Assembly: GCA_964201405.1 (NCBI GenBank) | Contig: CAXNDW010000001.1 | Coordinates: 1-34,646 of the forward strand | From: Candidatus Planktophila sp. | Lineage (GTDB): Bacteria > Actinomycetota > Actinomycetes > Nanopelagicales > Nanopelagicaceae | Reading direction: 5' to 3' | DNA: 34,646 nucleotides | In this document: one piece after another, positions 27,003-34,646 of the stretch | How positions within the stretch are numbered: position 1 is the stretch's first letter | Layout: every line of letters starts with the position of its first letter | Program-made: the position numbers and the translations under genes | The notes under the pieces: model-generated | Database searches by the model: none | The model's input: the letters and a program-made list of their open reading frames with translations, nothing else | Told to the model about the DNA's origin: nothing

Positions 27003-27020
27003 GGCTAGTACCGTACGCCT
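27003..27020. promoter_or_regulatory. 18-bp bidirectional leaderless promoter birA/carboxyltransferase
   Basis: TACCGTA (27009-27015) reads TACCGT on the plus strand (6 nt to ATG 27021) and TACGGT on the minus strand (7 nt to GTG 27002). Confidence 0.6.
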
Positions 27021-28592
27021 ATGAGTCGTGATCTGCATACAACAGCTGGAAAATTAGAGGACCTTCGCGATCGTGTCGAGGAGGCTATTCACGCCGGTTC
27101 TGAGCGCGCAGTTGAAAAGCAGCATGCAAAGGGCAAGAAGACAGCACGTGAGCGTATTGAAATGTTGGTCGATGCTGATTCATTTACTGAAATTGATGAT
27201 TTCGCCCGCCACCGATCAACCCAGTTTGGAATGGAGAAGAGCCGTCCCTATGGAGATGGTGTCGTTATCGGAACCGCAACAGTTGATGGTCGCCCCATAG
27301 CTTTGTATTCGCAGGACTTCACAGTTATGGGTGGATCTTTAGGAGAAGTACACGCAGACAAGATTGTGAAAATCGCTGAGTTTGCTTTGAAATCCGGAAT
27401 TCCTTTAATTGGAATCAATGACTCCGGTGGAGCGCGCATTCAAGAGGGCGTTGCATCGCTCAATGGTTATGGAAAGATTTTCCGACTTAACACCCGCTCA
27501 TCAGGAGTAATCCCCCAAATCTCATTGATTCTTGGTCCATGCGCTGGTGGCTCTGCTTACTCCCCTGCACTTACCGATTTCACAGTCATGGTCAATGAGA
27601 CCTCTCATATGTTTATCACCGGTCCCGATGTGATCAAAACTGTGACCGGCGAAGAAGTAGGAATGGAAGAGCTAGGTGGTGCTCGTACACATAACACCCG
27701 CACCGGCAACTCTCACTACTTAGCTGAAAATGAAGATGATGCTATCGATTATGTAAAGGCGCTGCTTTCATATCTGCCTTCAAACAATATGGATGCCACA
27801 CCTCATCTTCCACCAACAGAAACTTTGGAGAAGAAGGCATCTGACATTGCGTTGGATACTTTGATTCCAGATAGTCCTAATCAACCGTATGACATGAAGG
27901 TGCTTATCCAAGCACTAGTAGATGAGGGCGAATTCCTAGAGGTTCACGCTTTGTACGCCCCAAACATTGTTGTTGGTTTTGCCCGTATCGAGGGTGAATC
28001 AATTGGAATTATTGCCAACCAACCTAATCAATTGGCCGGTACATTAGATATTAATTCGAGTGAAAAAGCAGCGCGCTTCTTGCGTTTTTGTGATGCCTTT
28101 AATATTCCGATTTTGACCTTAGTGGATGTTCCTGGTTTCTTGCCTGGTACTGAACAGGAATGGAATGGAATCATTCGACGCGGAGCAAAGTTGCTCTACG
28201 CATATGCAGAAGCTTCAGTTCCATTAGTAACACTTATTACCCGCAAGGCTTATGGCGGTGCATTTATTGTTATGGGTTCAAAGTATCTAGGCAGCGATAT
28301 TAACTTTGCATGGCCGACCGCTGAGATCGCGGTTATGGGTGCGCAAGGCGCGGTAAATATCCTGTATCGCAACGAACTCGCTGAGGCCACAGATCCTGTT
28401 GCCAAGCGGGCCGAGCTAGCCAATGATTACAACGAATCACTTGCAAATCCTTACCTTGCTGCCGAACGCGGAACGATCGATACCGTTATCGAGCCAAGTC
28501 AATCTCGGGCCTACATCACAAAGGCATTTAGAACCCTAAAAACTAAGCGAGATGTTCTTCCCGCTCGCAAACATGGAAACATGCCGCTGTAA
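27021..28592 (+). CDS. pccB: Acyl-CoA (propionyl/acetyl-CoA) carboxylase carboxyltransferase beta subunit (AccD5/PccB type)
   Basis: [30 protein letters not shown] and KHGNMPL C-terminus. Confidence 0.93.
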   Translation: MSRDLHTTAGKLEDLRDRVEEAIHAGSERAVEKQHAKGKKTARERIEMLVDADSFTEIDDFARHRSTQFGMEKSRPYGDGVVIGTATVDGRPIALYSQDFTVMGGSLGEVHADKIVKIAEFALKSGIPLIGINDSGGARIQEGVASLNGYGKIFRLNTRSSGVIPQISLILGPCAGGSAYSPALTDFTVMVNETSHMFITGPDVIKTVTGEEVGMEELGGARTHNTRTGNSHYLAENEDDAIDYVKALLSYLPSNNMDATPHLPPTETLEKKASDIALDTLIPDSPNQPYDMKVLIQALVDEGEFLEVHALYAPNIVVGFARIEGESIGIIANQPNQLAGTLDINSSEKAARFLRFCDAFNIPILTLVDVPGFLPGTEQEWNGIIRRGAKLLYAYAEASVPLVTLITRKAYGGAFIVMGSKYLGSDINFAWPTAEIAVMGAQGAVNILYRNELAEATDPVAKRAELANDYNESLANPYLAAERGTIDTVIEPSQSRAYITKAFRTLKTKRDVLPARKHGNMPL

Positions 28593-28777
28593 TGAAATTT
28601 GAGATAACTAATGGAGTTCCGACTCCAGATGAACTTGCGGCAATTGAGGCAGCAATGGCTGCTCATAAACGTGAAGAGTTAAGACCCGTAATTCGCCGAA
28701 GCGTTTATGGCTTGCCACAGTTGCGCCAACCGCTTCCACAACAGATTACTTTCGGTGCCAGAAGGTTTGATTCATAA
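28592..28777 (+). CDS. Acyl-CoA carboxylase epsilon subunit
   Basis: 61 aa with G.PTPDELAA motif. Coupled between the carboxyltransferase and maf (TAATG overlaps). Confidence 0.8.
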   Translation: MKFEITNGVPTPDELAAIEAAMAAHKREELRPVIRRSVYGLPQLRQPLPQQITFGARRFDS

Positions 28778-29379
28778 TGCCAACTATTGTTCTTGCATCC
28801 CAATCGACCAGCCGCAGACGTTTGTTGGAGTCTGCAGGGCTCTCACCCAAGATAATCGTAAGCCATGTCGATGAAGAGACTGAGTTTTTCAACTCTTTGG
28901 CTCCAGCAGACATGGTTATCGCTCTGGCAATTACCAAGGCACATACCGTTCGTGAACAAATAGATTTTCCAGCGATCATTATTGGGTGCGATTCAACATT
29001 TGAGTTTGATGGAGTTTCTCTGGGTAAACCAGGAACCCCTGATGTGGCAACGGAACGTGCCAAACGAGTACGAGGAAATTCAGGGTTGCTTCATACAGGA
29101 CATTGCATCATCGATACCGCTAAGGATATTGAGATATCAGATCGAGTCACAACTAAAGTGAGCTTTGATCACATGAGTGATGAAGAGATTGCAGATTATG
29201 TTGCAACTGAAGAGCCCTTACATGTCGCAGGTGGATTTACTTTGGATGGATTTAGTTCTCCATTTATTCCTTCAATCGAAGGTGATTACACAAATGTCGT
29301 CGGCATATCAATGCCATTTGTGCGAAAGGCTTTTGCTCAATTGGGCTACACATGGCCTGAAGCCAAGGTGATGAAATGA
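28777..29379 (+). CDS. maf: Maf family nucleoside triphosphate pyrophosphatase
   Basis: [29 protein letters not shown] and NVVGIS motifs. Confidence 0.93.
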   Translation: MPTIVLASQSTSRRRLLESAGLSPKIIVSHVDEETEFFNSLAPADMVIALAITKAHTVREQIDFPAIIIGCDSTFEFDGVSLGKPGTPDVATERAKRVRGNSGLLHTGHCIIDTAKDIEISDRVTTKVSFDHMSDEEIADYVATEEPLHVAGGFTLDGFSSPFIPSIEGDYTNVVGISMPFVRKAFAQLGYTWPEAKVMK

Positions 29380-31094
29380 AGCGCGTTTTAGTTGCAAACC
29401 GTGGTGAAATTGCTGTACGTGTTATTCGCGCCTGCAAGGATCACGGAATCGAAAGTGTCGCGGTGTACTCCGATGAAGACCGCACATCACTTCATGCACA
29501 AATGGCAGATGCTGCTTATTCATTACACGGCACAACTGCGACACAAACATACTTAGATATTGAAAAGTTGATTACAGTTGCACATGAATCCGGAGCAGAT
29601 GCTGTTCATCCTGGTTATGGTTTTCTCTCTGAAAACGCTAACTTCGCGCAGGCGGTAATCGATGCAGGTTTAACGTGGATCGGCCCTCCTCCCCAAGCGA
29701 TTCGCGCTTTAGGTGACAAGGTCTCGGCTCGCAAGATTGCTGCCAAAGCTGGTGCGCCATTAGTTGCAGGTACACAGGATCCAGTTGCCGGGCATGAAGA
29801 GGTAACCGCCTTTGCCAAGGAGCATGGTTTACCTGTCGCTATCAAAGCAGCACATGGTGGTGGTGGTCGTGGACTGAAGGTTGCACGCACAATGGAAGAG
29901 ATTCCAGAGTTGTTTGCATCTGCGGTGCGCGAAGCTATTTCAGGTTTTGGACGCGGAGAATGTTTTGTTGAGCGCTACTTAGATAAGCCGCGACATGTTG
30001 AAACACAAGTGTTGGTCGATAAGCATGGACATGCGGTTGTTGTAAGCACCAGAGACTGTTCTCTACAACGACGCCATCAAAAGTTAGTTGAAGAAGCCCC
30101 CGCACCATTCTTGACAGTTGAACAAAATGAAGAGCTCTACCGTTCTAGCAAGGCGATTATGAAGGAGGCCGGTTACGTTGGTGCCGGAACGTGTGAATTC
30201 TTAATTGGCGTTGATGGAACAATCTCATTTCTAGAAGTAAATACCCGTTTGCAAGTTGAACACCCCGTCAGCGAAGAGGTGACTGGGCTTGATCTAGTGC
30301 GTGAGCAATTTAGAATTGCAGATGGTGAATCACTTGGCTTTGATGATCCCGAGATTCGTGGGCATTCAATTGAGTTTAGAATAAATGGAGAAGATCCGGG
30401 TCGATCATTTCTTCCAGCACCTGGTCGAATAACTGATTGGGCGATACCGACAGGTCCTGGTGTGCGAGTAGATGCCGGATTCCAAGGCGGAGACACCATT
30501 GGCGGTAACTTCGATTCCTTACTTGCAAAGTTAATCGTTACAGGAGCAACTCGGCAGCAGGCGATTGAAAGAGCCCGACGCGCATTATCTGAGTTTGTTG
30601 TTGGTGGTTTAGCAACAGCTATTCCATTCCACAGAGCAATTCTTGAAGATCCAGCCTTCACACATGAGTTCAAGGTGTACACCAGCTACATCGAAAATGA
30701 GTTCAACAACCAGATTCCAGCATTTGTTTTGACTGAACCACCACTTGAAACTCACATGGCCCCTGAAAATCTCATAGCCGAGGTCAATGGAAAACGATTT
30801 GAAATCCTTGTTCATGCCGCTAAGCCAGTCATTAAGCGCCACCGCGCAAAACAAACCATGGTGGGCGGTTCCAGTGGGGCGGGATTAATAAGCCCCATGC
30901 AAGGAACAGTTGTAAAGATCGCTGTTGAAGAAGGAGCACAGGTAGAAGTTGGCGATCTCATCATCGTCCTAGAAGCGATGAAGATGGAGCAACCGCTCAA
31001 CGCACATAAAGCTGGAACAATCTCTAATCTCACAGCGGTAATTGGTACCACGGTTTCAAGTGGTACCAACCTTTGTGACATTATTGATGCATGA
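29376..31094 (+). CDS. accA: Biotin carboxylase / biotin carboxyl carrier protein (acyl-CoA carboxylase alpha subunit, AccA3/BccA type)
   Basis: [35 protein letters not shown] and the EAMKME biotinylation site. Confidence 0.95.
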   Translation: MKRVLVANRGEIAVRVIRACKDHGIESVAVYSDEDRTSLHAQMADAAYSLHGTTATQTYLDIEKLITVAHESGADAVHPGYGFLSENANFAQAVIDAGLTWIGPPPQAIRALGDKVSARKIAAKAGAPLVAGTQDPVAGHEEVTAFAKEHGLPVAIKAAHGGGGRGLKVARTMEEIPELFASAVREAISGFGRGECFVERYLDKPRHVETQVLVDKHGHAVVVSTRDCSLQRRHQKLVEEAPAPFLTVEQNEELYRSSKAIMKEAGYVGAGTCEFLIGVDGTISFLEVNTRLQVEHPVSEEVTGLDLVREQFRIADGESLGFDDPEIRGHSIEFRINGEDPGRSFLPAPGRITDWAIPTGPGVRVDAGFQGGDTIGGNFDSLLAKLIVTGATRQQAIERARRALSEFVVGGLATAIPFHRAILEDPAFTHEFKVYTSYIENEFNNQIPAFVLTEPPLETHMAPENLIAEVNGKRFEILVHAAKPVIKRHRAKQTMVGGSSGAGLISPMQGTVVKIAVEEGAQVEVGDLIIVLEAMKMEQPLNAHKAGTISNLTAVIGTTVSSGTNLCDIIDA

Positions 31095-31921
31095 CCCAGA
31101 CTGAACTGCTCTATAAAGACCCGCTAGCTGCCGCAGAACAAGCAGCTCAAGAAATTGCTGCAAAGACCGGATTTGCCCAACATGATGTTGCACTGGTCAT
31201 GGGATCGGGTTGGGTCAGCGCAGTTGATGCCCTTGGTGCACCAGTATTTGAATGTAATGCAGAAGATTTCACTGGATTTTTTCCACCGGCGGTTGAAGGC
31301 CATTCTGGCAAGGTGCGCTCTTATGAAATTGAGAGCAATGGAAAGAAGTTGCGTGCATTAGTTTTCTTAGGAAGAACACATCTGTACGAGGGTAAAGGTA
31401 TTGAGCCTGTCGTACACAGTGTTCGCACTGCAGTAAAGGCTGGCTGCAAAGTTGTTATCTTGACCAACGCTTGCGGAGGAATCAATACCGCTTATTCAGT
31501 TGGTCAACCTGTATTGATTCGTGATCACATCTCATTAACCGCTGTATCTCCACTGTCAGGTGCAACTTTTATTGATTTAACAGATCTATACAGCAAGAGA
31601 ATTCGAGAGATAGTGAAGCAAGAGGATTCAACTCTTCAAGAAGGTGTTTATGTACATTGGCGCGGACCAACATATGAAACTCCAGCTGAAATTTTGATGA
31701 TGCGCACTATGGGTGCAGATCTTGTTGGTATGTCTACAGTTCCGGAGGCAATTGCAGCGCATGCATTAGGGGCTGAGGTTCTAGGTATCTCATTGGTCAC
31801 AAATGCAGCTGCTGGTGTCACTGGTGAGAAACTTAACCATGAAGAGGTAATCGCTGCCGGTAAAGCTGCCGCAGACAGAATGGGCGCACTTCTCAAAGGG
31901 GTTATTCCGAAGTTACTCTAA
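31091..31921 (+). CDS. punA: Purine-nucleoside phosphorylase (trimeric, PunA type)
   Basis: [36 protein letters not shown] and VTNAAAG motifs. Confidence 0.93.
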   Translation: MTQTELLYKDPLAAAEQAAQEIAAKTGFAQHDVALVMGSGWVSAVDALGAPVFECNAEDFTGFFPPAVEGHSGKVRSYEIESNGKKLRALVFLGRTHLYEGKGIEPVVHSVRTAVKAGCKVVILTNACGGINTAYSVGQPVLIRDHISLTAVSPLSGATFIDLTDLYSKRIREIVKQEDSTLQEGVYVHWRGPTYETPAEILMMRTMGADLVGMSTVPEAIAAHALGAEVLGISLVTNAAAGVTGEKLNHEEVIAAGKAAADRMGALLKGVIPKLL

Positions 31922-31925
31922 GCAC

Positions 31926-33542
31926 ATGGATCACTCATTAGAGCAGGAAGTACATGCCTGGATCGCCGATGATCCAGATCCATTAACCGCTGCGCAGTTG
32001 CAACAATGGCTTGACTCTGGCAATGAAGCTGAACTTCGTGCATCCTTTAATGGTTTTCTACAGTTTGGTACCGCGGGTTTGCGTGGACCAATCAGACCTG
32101 GTCCATCTGGAATGAATCGCGCAGTTGTAGGTCGCGCAGCTTCAGGAATCGTTGCCTATATGAAGGAGCGCAACTTAACCTCTGTCGTTATTGGTCGCGA
32201 TGCACGGTACGGCTCTGAAGATTTCACCTTTGAAACCGCTGAAATTATGAGCGGTGCGGGCATGAAGGTTTATGTACTTCCTCGCCCACTACCTACCCCC
32301 GTCTTAGCCTTTGCAACAAATGAGTTGATGTGCGATGTAGGCATCATGGTCACCGCCAGCCATAACCCACCACAAGATAATGGCTACAAGGTTTATCTTG
32401 GTGGCACGGTCGATGGTATTTACTACAGAGGTTCTCAAATTGTTTCTCCAACTGATGAAGCGATCGCCGCCAAGATTGATGCGGTTACTTCTCTAAAGTC
32501 ACAACCGCGTGGAAAAGTTTGGGAAGTTTTGGGCGAAGAGATTGTTGAAAGGTACATTAATCAAACCGCCTCATTGGTAAGCAATCCAGGAGCATTAAGG
32601 ATTGTCTACACAGCGATGCATGGTGTTGGTACTGAAACTATTCAAAGGGTCTTTCATAAAGCTGGTTTTCAATCTCCGATACTTGTTGAGGCACAAGCTG
32701 CACCAGATCCTGATTTTCCAACTGTGGCCTTTCCTAATCCCGAGGAGCCAGGCGCAATCGATCTTGCATTACAAACTGCAAAGGCCTTTGATGCTCACTT
32801 AGTGATCGCCAATGATCCAGATGCTGATAGATGTGCAGCTGCGGTAAAGGATCCAATAACTGGGTGGCGAATGCTGCGTGGAGATGAATTAGGAGCGATT
32901 TTCGCTGAATCTATCGCACGAAGGATTGATACAGGGATCTTTGCTAACTCCATTGTTTCTTCATCAATTGTGAAGAAAATCGCCGACCATTACAACCTTG
33001 ATTTTAAGGAGACTTTAACTGGATTCAAATGGTTGGCAAAGATTGAGAACTTAACCTTTGGCTACGAAGAAGCACTTGGCTACTCAGTTGATTCTGCAAC
33101 AGTTAATGATAAGGATGGAATCTCAGCTGCAATAACTTTGGCGCAAATCGCCACTGATCTAGCGGCACAGGGAAAGACTCTTCTGGATTTACTGGATGAG
33201 ATTTGGCAGCGACATGGTTTTCATGCAACTGAACAAATCTCCATCCGATTAAGTGATCTTTCAAAGGTTGGCATAATTCTTGGGAACTTACGCAGCAATC
33301 CTCCTCAAGAGATTGCTGGCCGATCAGTAACTTCTATCGATGATTTAGCAACACCAACAGATGGCCTGCCTCCTACCGATGGAATTCGAATCTGGCTTGA
33401 TGGCGGTGTGCGTATCATCATTCGTCCTAGCGGTACCGAGGCAAAGATGAAGTGTTACATTGAGGCAATTGAAAGGGATTCAAAGACCGCTCAGGTGGTT
33501 TTAGATCAACTACGACCACCGCTTAAGGAATTGTTATCGTGA
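31926..33542 (+). CDS. Alpha-D-phosphohexomutase superfamily protein (PGM2/PmmB-like; possibly a phosphopentomutase)
   Basis: FGTAGLRG, TASHNP, DPDADR, TGFKW, YEEALG and RPSGTE motifs. Confidence 0.9.
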   Translation: MDHSLEQEVHAWIADDPDPLTAAQLQQWLDSGNEAELRASFNGFLQFGTAGLRGPIRPGPSGMNRAVVGRAASGIVAYMKERNLTSVVIGRDARYGSEDFTFETAEIMSGAGMKVYVLPRPLPTPVLAFATNELMCDVGIMVTASHNPPQDNGYKVYLGGTVDGIYYRGSQIVSPTDEAIAAKIDAVTSLKSQPRGKVWEVLGEEIVERYINQTASLVSNPGALRIVYTAMHGVGTETIQRVFHKAGFQSPILVEAQAAPDPDFPTVAFPNPEEPGAIDLALQTAKAFDAHLVIANDPDADRCAAAVKDPITGWRMLRGDELGAIFAESIARRIDTGIFANSIVSSSIVKKIADHYNLDFKETLTGFKWLAKIENLTFGYEEALGYSVDSATVNDKDGISAAITLAQIATDLAAQGKTLLDLLDEIWQRHGFHATEQISIRLSDLSKVGIILGNLRSNPPQEIAGRSVTSIDDLATPTDGLPPTDGIRIWLDGGVRIIIRPSGTEAKMKCYIEAIERDSKTAQVVLDQLRPPLKELLS

Positions 33543-34486
33543 GTTTTTACGGTTTAGTCGATGGCAGCGATGCCTCGCTAAAGAGCTACCTCAACAATCT
33601 TTCTGGTGTTGACCAGGTTGGTGCCGAAGCTCGTGCAGCGATGCTTGCAACTCGGAGCATTAAGACAACTTCAAAGCGTTGGGCGATAGAAACCGCAATC
33701 ACTATGGTGGATTTAACAACTCTGGAGGGTGCAGATACGCCAGGCAAGGTAAAGGCCTTATGCACAAAAGCTGTTCGCCCAGATCCAACTGATTCCACTG
33801 TTCCAAGTGTTGGCGCGGTCTGTGTCTATAACGACATGGTTTCGGTAGCTCGTACCCACTTAGATTTGATTGGCGGGCAGCATGTTCCGGTAGCTGCGGT
33901 ATCGACCGCATTTCCTTCGGGACGAGCATCTATGCCGGTAAAGATTCAAGATACACAAGATGCAATTAATGCAGGGGCTGCTGAAATCGATATGGTGATC
34001 GATCGCGGAGCATTTCTTGCCGGTCGTTACATCGATGTATTCAATGAGATTGTTCAGATTAAAGAGGTTTGTGGGGATAAAGCCCATCTAAAAGTAATCT
34101 TTGAAACTGGCGAACTTGTTACCTATGACAATGTTCGAAAGGCATCTTTCTTGGCGATGGCAGCTGGTGCTGATTTCATTAAGACTTCAACAGGCAAGGT
34201 AGCACCGGCTGCGACTCCCCCAGTTGTATTAGTGATGCTCGAAGCTGTACGAGATTTTTACGAGATGACTAACACCCGAATCGGTGTAAAGCCTGCAGGT
34301 GGAATTAGAACAACAAAGGATGCAATCAAGCAGTTAGTTTTGGTCAATGAAACCGTTGGACCAGATTGGCTCAATCCGAAGTTATTTCGTATTGGCGCTA
34401 GTGCTTTGCTCAATGATCTATTGATGCAACGTATGAAGTTAGATGAAGGTTATTACTCAAGCCCTCAGTATGTGACGATGGATTAG
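33539..34486 (+). CDS. deoC: Deoxyribose-phosphate aldolase (long type)
   Basis: DLTTLEGADT, EIDMV, KVIFETGEL, FIKTSTGK, KPAGGIR and RIGASALL motifs. Confidence 0.95.
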   Translation: MSFYGLVDGSDASLKSYLNNLSGVDQVGAEARAAMLATRSIKTTSKRWAIETAITMVDLTTLEGADTPGKVKALCTKAVRPDPTDSTVPSVGAVCVYNDMVSVARTHLDLIGGQHVPVAAVSTAFPSGRASMPVKIQDTQDAINAGAAEIDMVIDRGAFLAGRYIDVFNEIVQIKEVCGDKAHLKVIFETGELVTYDNVRKASFLAMAAGADFIKTSTGKVAPAATPPVVLVMLEAVRDFYEMTNTRIGVKPAGGIRTTKDAIKQLVLVNETVGPDWLNPKLFRIGASALLNDLLMQRMKLDEGYYSSPQYVTMD

Positions 34487-34497
34487 TGGAGAAAACT

Positions 34498-34646
34498 ATG
34501 AGTTTTGAATACGCACCAGCACCTGAATCACGAGCGGTGGTTTCCATTAAGCCAAAGTATGGCCACTTTATCGGTGGGAAGTTTGTTGCAGGAAGCAAAC
34601 ACTTCCCAACAATTAATCCAGCCACTGAAGAGGTGCTCAGTCAGAT
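34498..34646 (+). CDS. Aldehyde dehydrogenase, N-terminal fragment (runs off window)
   Basis: MSFEYAPAPESRAVVSIKPKYGHFIGGKFV..FPTINPATEEVL, a typical ALDH N-terminus that follows deoC in Actinobacteria. GGAG SD upstream. Confidence 0.85.
   Translation, partial: MSFEYAPAPESRAVVSIKPKYGHFIGGKFVAGSKHFPTINPATEEVLSQ

Noticed and set aside
1-34646. CRISPR arrays, tRNA/rRNA, riboswitches, IS, prophage or defence systems
   Set aside because: No intergenic gap exceeds about 115 bp and I saw no such motifs or marker genes. A covariance-model (Rfam/tRNAscan) search was not possible, so small RNAs cannot be formally excluded.

Overview
This is a very gene-dense window of moderate GC from a streamlined actinobacterium. 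Mycothiol mshB, the actinobacterial dapC/dapD-fdxA and mrp-tatB-htrA synteny, the accD-accE-maf-accA block and tiny or overlapping intergenic spaces suggest the freshwater acI lineage (Nanopelagicales, e.g. Ca. Planktophila); this assignment is inference. It holds 37 CDS (two partial), almost all core metabolism: lysine/DAP synthesis, mycothiol, Cys-tRNA ligase, RNA helicase, Mg/membrane proteins, proteases, a cell-wall glycopolymer export/attachment cluster, purK/purE, biotin-dependent carboxylase and nucleoside catabolism. I found no rRNA, tRNA, CRISPR, phage, IS or defence system. The most notable observations are: (1) an intact 132-codon CoA-binding (YccU-like) gene with no ATG/GTG/TTG start, missed by the ORF track; (2) a stand-alone sigma region-4-like microprotein near the locus where sigE-rseA is missing; (3) pervasive leaderless architecture, with TANNNT 6-7 nt before start codons and overlapping bidirectional -10 elements; (4) a CysRS of atypical type coupled to a 66-aa microprotein.
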